This document shows positions 10,312-19,212 of a stretch of 64,000 nucleotides of DNA, piece after piece. The notes under the pieces are model-generated. The model was not told the origin of the DNA. It saw only the letters and a program-made list of their open reading frames with translations, and did no database searches. Position 1 is the stretch's first letter. Every line of letters begins with the position of its first letter. The position numbers were made by a program, and so were the translations under genes. The stretch comes from an uncultured bacterium. Its GTDB lineage: Bacteria; Fidelibacterota; Marinisomatia; Marinisomatales; UBA1611. The stretch spans positions 128,001 through 192,000 of the forward strand of contig CALSPG010000001.1 of assembly GCA_943788175.1 (NCBI GenBank). The letters run 5' to 3'.

Positions 10312-11596
10312 ATGGAAAAAGTAGTTAACTTAATCAGCCTAGGCTGTGCAAAAAACCTCGTTGATTCTGAGATACTTCTTGGCGGCATCAATAAATCTGA
10401 ATTAACTATAACAAAGAATCCTGAAGAAGCTGATACAATTATTGTTAATACATGTGGGTTTTTAGATATAGCTCGAGAAGAATCAGTTGATACTATTTTA
10501 CAAGCAGCCGAGCTTAAAAAAACAGGAAAACTTAGCGAACTCGTCGTTATGGGCTGTTTGTCTGAAAGGTATCCTGAAGAAGTTGCAGCAGAAATACCGG
10601 AAATCGATCGAATCTTCGGTAGTAATGATCATCGGCAGATAATATCTTTTTTGACTGGGAAAGATTTCGCAAAAGATGACCCCATGTTTTTTCGGTCATT
10701 AATGACTCCAAATCATTATGCTTATATAAAAATTGCTGAGGGATGTGATAATGCATGCTCATTCTGTAGTATACCGATTATGCGTGGTCTGCAGAAGAGC
10801 CGTAGTATACCAGCTATTATGGATGAAGCAACCAGGCTGGCTAGTAATGGTACAAAAGAATTATTAGTCATTGCTCAGGATTCAACCTCATACGGTTGGG
10901 ACCTTGAGAAAAAAGTATATTTAAGTGACCTTTTAAAAGAGCTTAATACGATCGACGAAATAGATTGGATAAGAGTGCACTATGCTCATCCAGCCCATTT
11001 ATCTCAAAGAATCATTGATGCGATTGCGGATTGTGACAAAGTATGTAATTATCTAGATATGCCTGTGCAGCATGCATCAGATGATATTTTAAAATCAATG
11101 AAGAGAGGATTAAATCAGGAGGGCATTAGAAATAGAATCTCTAGATTGAGATCAGCAGTTCCGCACATTGCTATTCGAACAACTCTAATTGTAGGCTATC
11201 CAGGTGAAACGGAAGCTCATTTTAACGAGCTTTATAATTTTGTAGATGAAATGCAATTTGACCGATTAGGTGCTTTTACTTATTCTGAGGAAGAAGGTAC
11301 TACTGCAGAAGTCTTTAGAGGATAATGTGTCCAGAGAAACAAAAAATGAGAGAAAAAATAAAATTGTAGAGTTGCAACATGGAATTAGCTTAGAGAAAAA
11401 TGAAGCATTTATTGGGAAAACTATGAAAGTTTTGGTTGATCAATGTGAGAATAATATTGGGGTTGGAAGAACAGAATTTGATTCTCCAGAAATCGATAAT
11501 ATTGTGCAAATCAATGGTAAGGTAAAAAAAGGAGAATTTGTAAATGTGAAAATTGAAAAAGTCAATGAATTCGAACTCATAGGAAAGCCATTATAA
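10312..11596 (+). pseudogene. rimO: S12 methylthiotransferase RimO, split by a +1 frameshift near 11311 (possibly a sequencing error)
   Basis: SLGCAKNLVDSE, VNTCGF and radical SAM CDNACSFC in 10312..11325; the TRAM domain (GRTEFDSPEID) continues in ORF 11270..11596; removing one base gives ..EEGTTAESLEDNVS.. Confidence 0.92.
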
Positions 11597-11606
11597 AATA
11601 TTTAGT

Positions 11607-12863
11607 GTGATTTCAGTTAAGGAAAAAAAAAGGTTAAGTAAGCTTTCTAAATTATTATACATAGCTAGTAAAAAAATAAAAATATTGAGGCACATAGCCT
11701 GGCCTTTAGAAGTTAAAAACAAGTTCTTTAAAGAAAGTTGTCAAAAACTTCCTGTTCATACTTATCCCTTACATGATGATTCTGAATTAAAACTTATACT
11801 AAATGAAACAGATAAATATTTTGGTGATACTTTATATGACTCTTGGTTAAAAACAAAAGCTAAAGAAATTAAAAAAAATTCTGCATTACTAAAAGCATGT
11901 GGTACTAAAGAATTTTTTAATATCTCCTCTGATATATATGGATTACCATCAACCCCAATCCATGACAATGTTACAAAACCAATTAATCTTTCTAATCAGT
12001 TTGAAAATATAATTGGTGCCATTAAAAATAGTAAAATCAAATTAAAACCAAGCCCTTCTTTAAGTTCAAGTCAGGTTGCGAAAAAAATAGATGATAAAGT
12101 AAAATTGTACTTTAATGAACATGCACCTCAGGTTAAATTAGTCAAAAACCTGTCAGCGAAAGCGACAGCAACCTCAAAATACATTAGAATTCGCGAAGGT
12201 AGTGAGTTTGATCAAGCAGATATTAATCAACTCTTAAATCATGAAGCATATATACATGTTGCGACCACTATAAACGGTAGAAAACAGAACAATATGAAAA
12301 TTTTAGGCGCGAATTATGGCTCTGTTACTAAAACTCAGGAAGGTTTAGCCGTTTTTTCTGAGTTCATATCTGGTTCAATTGATGTTGATAGACTTAAACG
12401 AATTTCAGACCGTACAATAGCAATCCAGATGGCCATTGAGGGTGCAGATTTTATTGATGTCTATAATTATTTCATAAAAGAAGGAGTATCAATGGACCAA
12501 GCTTTTGAAAACAGTAGAAGAGTTTTCAGAGGAGGTCTCCTAGCCGGTGGTGCTCCATTTACAAAAGATTTAGTTTATTTAGATGGTTTCATCAGAGTAT
12601 TCAACTTTCTTCGAAGCGCTATCTCATTAGGGAAAATTGAATGTATTGAACTTTTATTCTCGGGAAAAATGGATTTAGATGATATGCCAGTAATATATGG
12701 TCTATACAAGGATGGTCTTATTCGTAAACCTGATTTTATTCCACCTTGGGCAAATAACTTGAATTATCTTATTTGCTTTTTTTCTGTTTCAATGTTTATA
12801 GAAGATATTAATTATAGTAATGTTTCTAAACATTATGATTTATTACTTAATAGTATTAATTAA
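11607..12863 (+). CDS. DUF1704 / QEGLA-motif metallopeptidase (MATCAP-like Tyr/Phe carboxypeptidase domain)
   Basis: HExxxH (HEAYIH), TQEGLAVFSE, RVFRGG, FTKDLVYLDG. Confidence 0.85.
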   Translation: MISVKEKKRLSKLSKLLYIASKKIKILRHIAWPLEVKNKFFKESCQKLPVHTYPLHDDSELKLILNETDKYFGDTLYDSWLKTKAKEIKKNSALLKACGTKEFFNISSDIYGLPSTPIHDNVTKPINLSNQFENIIGAIKNSKIKLKPSPSLSSSQVAKKIDDKVKLYFNEHAPQVKLVKNLSAKATATSKYIRIREGSEFDQADINQLLNHEAYIHVATTINGRKQNNMKILGANYGSVTKTQEGLAVFSEFISGSIDVDRLKRISDRTIAIQMAIEGADFIDVYNYFIKEGVSMDQAFENSRRVFRGGLLAGGAPFTKDLVYLDGFIRVFNFLRSAISLGKIECIELLFSGKMDLDDMPVIYGLYKDGLIRKPDFIPPWANNLNYLICFFSVSMFIEDINYSNVSKHYDLLLNSIN

Positions 12864-14587
12864 ATTATTTCTTTTATTTTTTCTATCATTTTTTGAAACT
12901 CTTGTTCATCAAATAATCTTGTTAAGAAAACTATTTTTCCATTTTTATCAATCACTACATTTCTAGTAATTCCAGCATTTACGTGCGCAAATTTTGAAAA
13001 GTGTTTCGCACCCGGGTCTAAAGCAATTGGGTATGTAATACCTGTCTTTCTCTTGAAAGCTTTCACGACTTCGATAGGTTCATCTCGATCTATACCTATC
13101 AAAACGAAGTCATCGTTTTTAAATTTTTGCCAGACGTCATTCTCGAGGTGAGGCATCTCTCTAATACATACAGAACACCAGCTAGCTGTAAACTGAAGTA
13201 CGACTACCTTTCCAAGGTAGTCAGATAGTTGTACATTTGTATCATTGATTAAGTCTAAAGATAAATCAGGAGCGGTATCTCCAATTGAGACAATATAACC
13301 TCTTTCATCGTATCCATTTCTGTTAATTGCCCTTTTAAAAGCTAAACTTCCATTTCTTAGTTTTCTTATTTGAGTATTAAAATCAACTTCGTAAAGGCCA
13401 AACTTCATGGAGTACCCTTCCGCCCATTCAAAATTATCCATCAATGACCAATAAAAATAACCTTGAATATCCATTCCATCATCTATAGACTTGTTTAAAG
13501 CATATAAATATCTATTAATAAAAGTTTCTCGTCGATCATCTTTATCATCAGCTATTCCATTTTCAGTTACTATAATGGGTATGTTAAGCTTACTTATATC
13601 ATTCAAAGCTTTATAAAAACCTTCAGGGTAGATTGAATATGGCATATCTGTTTGGATATCTTGCTTTCTTTTTTCGAAGGTAAATGGAGACGTTGGACTT
13701 AGGTGTCCTTTAACATGCCACCTAGAATAATAGTTTAAGCCTATAAAGTCTGCTGAACCAATAGCATTTGAATTTGAATCTGATATGTTTACCATTCCCG
13801 GTAAATAAAAATTAAACTTTCCATTTAAAAATAAATCAATCGTACTATTAGTAAAAATATCATTCAAAATTTTACTAAAATACCAATCAAGTAAATGCCA
13901 TCTTCTTAAAGGGTCAAATTGAGTAATGTTTTTAACCAAACCTATCTGAGCAATCTCACCATTTTCTAGCCCTTTTAAATGATGAAATGCCTTTATATGA
14001 GTAAATAATAAATTTCGCATCACAATTCCAGCGAGTTTTGGATCTTTTTTCCCCGGAGGGAAAACACCATAGAAATAACCTTGAGAGACGTAGACGGCAG
14101 GTTCATTAATTGTGCACCAGTATTTAACAATATCTGATAAATGATTAAAAACAATTTCAGAAAATTCAATAAAATGATCGATGTTTTCTTCTTTTTCAAA
14201 CCCACCTAGTTTTTCAAACCATATTGGGTTTGTGAAGTGATGCAAAGTAACAACAGGAGTTAGCCCAGAATCAATTAGTGCTATACATACATCACGATAG
14301 TGATCTAATGCATTTTCATCAATTAATCCTTCTTTTGGTACTATTTTACTCCATTCAACGGAAAACCTATATGCATTTACTCCTAGTTCTTTCATTAAAG
14401 AAATATCATCTCTGTACATATCCCAATGGTTGGCTGCCTCGCCAGATTTATCATTGTTATGTATATTAGATTTGCCGTTTTGGTTTAAACTATTTTCCCA
14501 TTCATACCAGTTGTTATTTGTATTGTTTCCTTCGACTTGGTGGGCTGCAGTAGATGTTCCCCATATGAAGTTTTCAGGAAAAAACAT
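12860..14587 (-). CDS. GH1 beta-glucosidase fused to a C-terminal TlpA/ResA-like thioredoxin domain; the true start is probably TTG 14714 with a frameshifted N-terminal anchor
   Basis: FIWGTSTAAHQVEG, YRFSVEWS, acid/base TINEP, nucleophile VTENG, WSLMDNFEWAEG, then GDTAPD..FTASWCSVC..EMPHL..TRNVVID. Confidence 0.92.
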   Translation of the reverse strand: MFFPENFIWGTSTAAHQVEGNNTNNNWYEWENSLNQNGKSNIHNNDKSGEAANHWDMYRDDISLMKELGVNAYRFSVEWSKIVPKEGLIDENALDHYRDVCIALIDSGLTPVVTLHHFTNPIWFEKLGGFEKEENIDHFIEFSEIVFNHLSDIVKYWCTINEPAVYVSQGYFYGVFPPGKKDPKLAGIVMRNLLFTHIKAFHHLKGLENGEIAQIGLVKNITQFDPLRRWHLLDWYFSKILNDIFTNSTIDLFLNGKFNFYLPGMVNISDSNSNAIGSADFIGLNYYSRWHVKGHLSPTSPFTFEKRKQDIQTDMPYSIYPEGFYKALNDISKLNIPIIVTENGIADDKDDRRETFINRYLYALNKSIDDGMDIQGYFYWSLMDNFEWAEGYSMKFGLYEVDFNTQIRKLRNGSLAFKRAINRNGYDERGYIVSIGDTAPDLSLDLINDTNVQLSDYLGKVVVLQFTASWCSVCIREMPHLENDVWQKFKNDDFVLIGIDRDEPIEVVKAFKRKTGITYPIALDPGAKHFSKFAHVNAGITRNVVIDKNGKIVFLTRLFDEQEFQKMIEKIKEII

Positions 14588-14710
14588 TTTTTCTGTATTT
14601 ATTTTATCCCAGTTCCATTGTTGGTCAGGGTGTTTTATATTGAGGTAACCTATTATAGTAAACCAAACAATTAGTGGACAGTATGATGAACTTAATGAAT
14701 GATTTAGAAA

Positions 14711-15664
14711 TCAAATATTAAATCCTTTTTCTTTCATCCAATCATCATTTGGAAACTTTGTCATATAGTTACGAATGCCATCTGCTAGAACAACAAGGCA
14801 ATTTTGTCCTTTTTTAAGATTGGAAGCTGCTTGCAATGCTGCAACCATAGTTGCCCCACAAGAACCGCCACAGAGTAGTCCTTCTTCTTTTATAATTCTT
14901 CTGGCCATAATGAAAGATTCTTCATCTTTTGTTTTTATGTATCGATCTACTAAACTATTATCTAAAACATCTGGAAAAAAATCATAACCTATGCCTTCGA
15001 CTAAATAAGAACTAATTTCATCTCCACCGCCTAAAATAGAACCTTCTGGATCAGCACCAACAATTGATATATGAGGTATCTTTTCTTTTAACCTTTTTGC
15101 TACGCCTGTTATAGTTCCGCCTGTTCCTACAGACATAACTACCATATCAAGATTATCAGAAAAGTCTTTAATAATTTCTTCAGCAGTACCATAATAATGT
15201 GCATCAGGGTTTGCCGGGTTAGAATATTGATCTAAAATGTGAGAATTCTCCAATTCGCTATTAAGCTTTTTCGCAACTGAAATATGACTTTCAGGGTCAC
15301 TTGATAAAGCTTCAGTTGGTGTTCGAACAATTTTTGCACCTAATGCCTCAATAGCAATTTGTTTTTCTTGACTCATTTTTTCTGGCATGATAATAATACA
15401 TTTATATCCTTTTACAGCAGCAGCAAGAGCAATTCCTTGGCCAGTATTTCCAGAAGTAGGCTCAATTAAAGTATCTCCAGGCTTAATTCTGCCAGACTTT
15501 TCGGCTTCTTCAACCATATTCCATCCTATTCTGTCCTTAATAGAACCACCGGGGTTAAAAAACTCACATTTAGCATATACGTTGCAGTCTAGATTTTTCG
15601 CAATTTTATTTATTTTCACTATTGGAGTGTCTCCAATAGTGCTCAAAACATTATCATGTATCAT
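14711..15664 (-). CDS. Cystathionine beta-synthase-like PLP enzyme (catalytic core only)
   Basis: [57 protein letters not shown]. Confidence 0.88.
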   Translation of the reverse strand: MIHDNVLSTIGDTPIVKINKIAKNLDCNVYAKCEFFNPGGSIKDRIGWNMVEEAEKSGRIKPGDTLIEPTSGNTGQGIALAAAVKGYKCIIIMPEKMSQEKQIAIEALGAKIVRTPTEALSSDPESHISVAKKLNSELENSHILDQYSNPANPDAHYYGTAEEIIKDFSDNLDMVVMSVGTGGTITGVAKRLKEKIPHISIVGADPEGSILGGGDEISSYLVEGIGYDFFPDVLDNSLVDRYIKTKDEESFIMARRIIKEEGLLCGGSCGATMVAALQAASNLKKGQNCLVVLADGIRNYMTKFPNDDWMKEKGFNI

Positions 15665-15759
15665 TTATTTATATTATTTGGTTAAAAATTTGTTCTATAT
15701 TAGTTAATACTCTTCACAATATAAATGTCTTCTTTCTAAAATTATACAACCAAACTATT

Positions 15760-17235
15760 ATGGTTAATCAATCGCATAAACTTAGTGGCCCATTTTTAAT
15801 AGAGCTAAAAAATAAATTTCGAGAAATAGCTGGGTCAGATAATAAAATTGATAGATTAGAGTTTAAAGATAGTCTAGTAATTGAAAACGAAAATATTATT
15901 AATCGCATATTTGATATTTTTGATAAAGATGAAAATAATCTTTTAGATATAAATGAATTTATTAATGGTATTGAAACTTTAATTAAAAGCACTAATGCTC
16001 AAAAAATAAAATTTGCTTTTGATATACATGACTTTGATGGAAGCGGAGATATCGATAAAGATGAATTAAAAATATTGATAAAAAACATTCTTATTGAAAA
16101 CAACTTAGATTTTGATACAAATCAAGTTGATTTGATTGTTGATGAATTTTTTAGGTATGGGGATATTGATAAGAATGGAAGAATTGATTTTAATGAGTTT
16201 TTAAACTTAATAAAAAAATATCCTGATTTAATAAATAGTCTAGCTGCTAACCCTGTAGCATGGTTTAGAAGTAATAAGTCAAGGAAAGATTATGAAACTA
16301 CTAAGAAGGTTGTTTCAAAAATTAGTAGGGTACAAGTTCAAAATTTAAATGTATTGCAATGGCTCTTAGTCCCAAGGTTGATATATTTTTATAATATTAT
16401 TATAAATCGAAATAAGAACAATGAATTGATTTCTATTAAATCTTTAAAAATTTTACCCGAAAAAAATATATCGTTTTCATTTAATAAACCTAGCTGGTTT
16501 AAGTTTCAAGCAGGTGATTATGTATATATAAATTGTCCCTGGGTTTCAAGTTTGCAGTGGTATCCTTTTAATATAATAAGCTCTACGAATGATAATTCAG
16601 TACTGTTAAATATTAAGGCAGAAGGGGCGTGGCCCCAAAAAATATATAATAAAACATTATCTATGTTGAGTAATAAAAATGTTGAAAATCTGAAAATAAG
16701 AATTGACGGCCCATTTGGATCATCGAGTGATAGAATTTTACAATCTGAAAATTTAATAATTATTGCAGAAGATATGGGCGTGGCAAAATTTGCATCTGTT
16801 CTTCAAGATATCTATCATAGAACAAAATCAAATCAAATTCATTCTAGAGTAAAAACTCTTAATTTTATTTGGCTTTGTAGTGAAGGTAATTATTTTGAAT
16901 GGTTTAAAAAAATGCTTCAAGAATTAGATAAGAGTTTTAATATAGACAACTTTAATTATAGTATTTATTTTTTGAATAGAAATGCATCCGATTTGCCAAG
17001 AGACATGCTCTACGTCTCTAAGGATGTTTTTAAAAAAGAATTTAAAATTAATCTATTACCCGGTCTTAAAAACAAATATCATATCGGTACTCCGTCATTA
17101 CAAAAAAAATTATCTGATATTATTTCAGAGCAAGGTAATGGAAAGTTTGATTTGTTTTTTGCAGGATCTAGAAAAATAAAGACAAAAATAAAATCTGCTT
17201 GTAAAGAATTAGGTATAAACTTTAATAATAGTTAA
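15760..17235 (+). CDS. NOX5-like protein: 4 EF-hands plus NADPH-oxidase dehydrogenase fold, lacking the heme transmembrane domain
   Basis: EF loops DKDENNLLDINE, DFDGSGDIDKDE, DIDKNGRIDFNE; NOX-type GDYVYINCP..WYPF, IDGPFG, FIW..FEWF. Confidence 0.85.
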   Translation: MVNQSHKLSGPFLIELKNKFREIAGSDNKIDRLEFKDSLVIENENIINRIFDIFDKDENNLLDINEFINGIETLIKSTNAQKIKFAFDIHDFDGSGDIDKDELKILIKNILIENNLDFDTNQVDLIVDEFFRYGDIDKNGRIDFNEFLNLIKKYPDLINSLAANPVAWFRSNKSRKDYETTKKVVSKISRVQVQNLNVLQWLLVPRLIYFYNIIINRNKNNELISIKSLKILPEKNISFSFNKPSWFKFQAGDYVYINCPWVSSLQWYPFNIISSTNDNSVLLNIKAEGAWPQKIYNKTLSMLSNKNVENLKIRIDGPFGSSSDRILQSENLIIIAEDMGVAKFASVLQDIYHRTKSNQIHSRVKTLNFIWLCSEGNYFEWFKKMLQELDKSFNIDNFNYSIYFLNRNASDLPRDMLYVSKDVFKKEFKINLLPGLKNKYHIGTPSLQKKLSDIISEQGNGKFDLFFAGSRKIKTKIKSACKELGINFNNS

Positions 17236-17246
17236 TAGTATAATTT

Positions 17247-17284
17247 ATAATTGGGAGGAGAGTTTATTCTCTCCTCCCAATTAT
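17247..17284. terminator. Bidirectional intrinsic terminator between the convergent NOX5-like gene and hsp20
   Basis: Perfect 16-bp inverted repeat ataattgggaggagag / ctctcctcccaattat with a 6-nt loop and AT-rich flanks. Confidence 0.85.
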
Positions 17285-17292
17285 TTAATAGA

Positions 17293-17730
17293 TTATTTAA
17301 TTGATATTAATCTATTATTTGGTTTTTCTTCTTCTGCTTTAGGTATTGTAATAATAAGAGTCCCATCTTTAAAATTTGCTGATATCTTATCTTCTATTAT
17401 CGATTGTGGCAGTTTAAAAGATCTAGCGAATTTCCCAACTTTACGCTCACTGTAATGATAGTCATCGTTATCCTCTTCGTTATCTAGCTTTTTATCCCCT
17501 TTAATTATGAGAATATTTTCTTCTACCTTAGCCTCAATATTACTTTTTTTAACTCCCGGCATATCTGCAACTAAAATATATGATTTGCTATTCTCTTTTA
17601 TGTCTACTAATGGTTGCCATTCATTGTTATAAACCTCCTTGTCGTTTACATTATAGGTCGCATTATCTAATATATTTGGCATTCTATTTAAAAATGATAC
17701 TGGTTTATATCTCCAATTAACTATGTTCAT
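17293..17730 (-). CDS. Hsp20/alpha-crystallin small heat shock protein
   Basis: WQPLVDIKE, ADMPGV, SER..GKFARSFKLP, ANFKDGTLIITIPK; SD AGGAGA upstream. Confidence 0.96.
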   Translation of the reverse strand: MNIVNWRYKPVSFLNRMPNILDNATYNVNDKEVYNNEWQPLVDIKENSKSYILVADMPGVKKSNIEAKVEENILIIKGDKKLDNEEDNDDYHYSERKVGKFARSFKLPQSIIEDKISANFKDGTLIITIPKAEEEKPNNRLISIK

Positions 17731-17773
17731 TTTAGTCTCCTTTGATTGATTATGTTTATATTATCTTTTTAAT

Positions 17774-17790
17774 TGCAATCTACATGCCAA
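17774..17790 (-). promoter_or_regulatory. sigma54 (-24/-12) promoter of hsp20
   Basis: Minus strand TTGGCATGTAGATTGCA = GG-N10-GC with TGGCA and TTGCA elements, about 45 nt upstream of the ATG. Confidence 0.7.
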
Positions 17791-17952
17791 TACAAATTGT
17801 TATCTTTATTAGTTATTTTTTATGACAAATTGTCTTATAATTAATTTTTTTACATTTTTAACATGACATTATTGCATTAAAGTGGCTAAAATGAATCTTC
17901 TGATTGCATTGTGGAGTCGAATAGTAGTTTGTAAATTATGTATATATAATTA

Positions 17953-19200
17953 ATGAAAGTTTACAAAGTGAATGAATTAGCAATTTTTGGTGGAAATCCT
18001 ATAAGAAAGGAATCTTTTCCTGTTTGGCCGCGAGTTACTCCTGAGATGAAAGATAGCCTAATCGATACTTTTGAAAACCAATCATGGGGTGTTGGCAGTG
18101 AAACTATAGATCTCTTCAATGCCGAGTTTGCAAAAATGCAAGATGCTAAATTCGCATTGTCAATTCATTCTGGGACATCTGCAATTTGGATATGCTTGAA
18201 AGCTGCTGGTATTGAAGCTGGTGATGAAGTCATTCTTCCATCATACACTTTTATCGCTACCGCTACAGCAGTGGTTTTAGCGAATGCTGTTCCTGTTTTC
18301 GCAGATATTGATTTAGAAACTGGAAACATAAATCCTGTTTCTGTTCAAAGTTTAATAACGAGTAAAACCAAGGCAATTATTCCAGTTCATACTGGGGGAT
18401 CTCCAGCTGACTTAGTTAGTCTTATTGATATATCTAAAAAACATAATATTCCAATAATTGAAGATGCTGCGCAGGCGCATGGATCTATGCTAAATGGTAA
18501 TAAAGTGGGTGCTATAGGTCTAGGCGGAATATTTAGTTTTCAAACGTCTAAAAATATGAGTGCTGGTGAGGGTGGGGCAATCGTTAGTAATGATGAGTCA
18601 TTTATTGATGCATGCTTTTCTTATCATAATTGCGGGCGAGTTAGAAATGGTAAATGGTATGAACATTATCGAATGGGAAGTAATTTACGGATGAGTGCTC
18701 TAAACGCTGCGATTCTATTACCACAAATAAAATCTATGGATCGAGATTTTCTGCTCAGAGAAAGAAGTCGTAAAATAATAGATGATGGCATTGATAATAT
18801 TGATGGGTTAGTGCCCTTAAAACAGATTCAAGGGACTAAATCATCGAACCATATTTATATAATTCGTTATCAAAAAGAAAAATTCCATAACATTTCAAGA
18901 GAAGTCTTTTTCAAAGCTATGCAAGCTGAAGGAGTATACACTTACAAGGGTTGGTCACCGCTATATAAAGAGCCATTGTTTTCTATAAATCCGAAGGAAT
19001 ACCCATGGTTAGAGAATATTGATTATAATAGTTTATTTCATGACAACACGGAAGTGTTCGCTCAAGAGCAAGCTGTCTGGTTGAGGCAAAATCATTTGAT
19101 TGGCACAGATAATGATTTAGAAGATATTATTAATGCTTTTGAAAAAGTGACCACTGAAATGCGTAAAAAACCAGATAGATTTAAAAATATTATTACATAA
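17953..19200 (+). CDS. DegT/DnrJ/EryC1/StrS-family PLP aminotransferase
   Basis: SGTSA, GDEVILPSYTFIATA, IIEDAAQAHG, FSFQTSKNMSAGEGG. Confidence 0.93.
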   Translation: MKVYKVNELAIFGGNPIRKESFPVWPRVTPEMKDSLIDTFENQSWGVGSETIDLFNAEFAKMQDAKFALSIHSGTSAIWICLKAAGIEAGDEVILPSYTFIATATAVVLANAVPVFADIDLETGNINPVSVQSLITSKTKAIIPVHTGGSPADLVSLIDISKKHNIPIIEDAAQAHGSMLNGNKVGAIGLGGIFSFQTSKNMSAGEGGAIVSNDESFIDACFSYHNCGRVRNGKWYEHYRMGSNLRMSALNAAILLPQIKSMDRDFLLRERSRKIIDDGIDNIDGLVPLKQIQGTKSSNHIYIIRYQKEKFHNISREVFFKAMQAEGVYTYKGWSPLYKEPLFSINPKEYPWLENIDYNSLFHDNTEVFAQEQAVWLRQNHLIGTDNDLEDIINAFEKVTTEMRKKPDRFKNIIT

Positions 19201-19212
19201 AAGGATTAAAGA

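Noticed and set aside
14588-14713. The CBS TGA stop is in frame with the GH1-TlpA ORF, with no intervening stop (possible readthrough or selenocysteine fusion)
   Set aside because: No SECIS-like hairpin follows the TGA and CBS ends where homologous cores end; a +1 insertion in a separate TTG-started gene explains the frame better.
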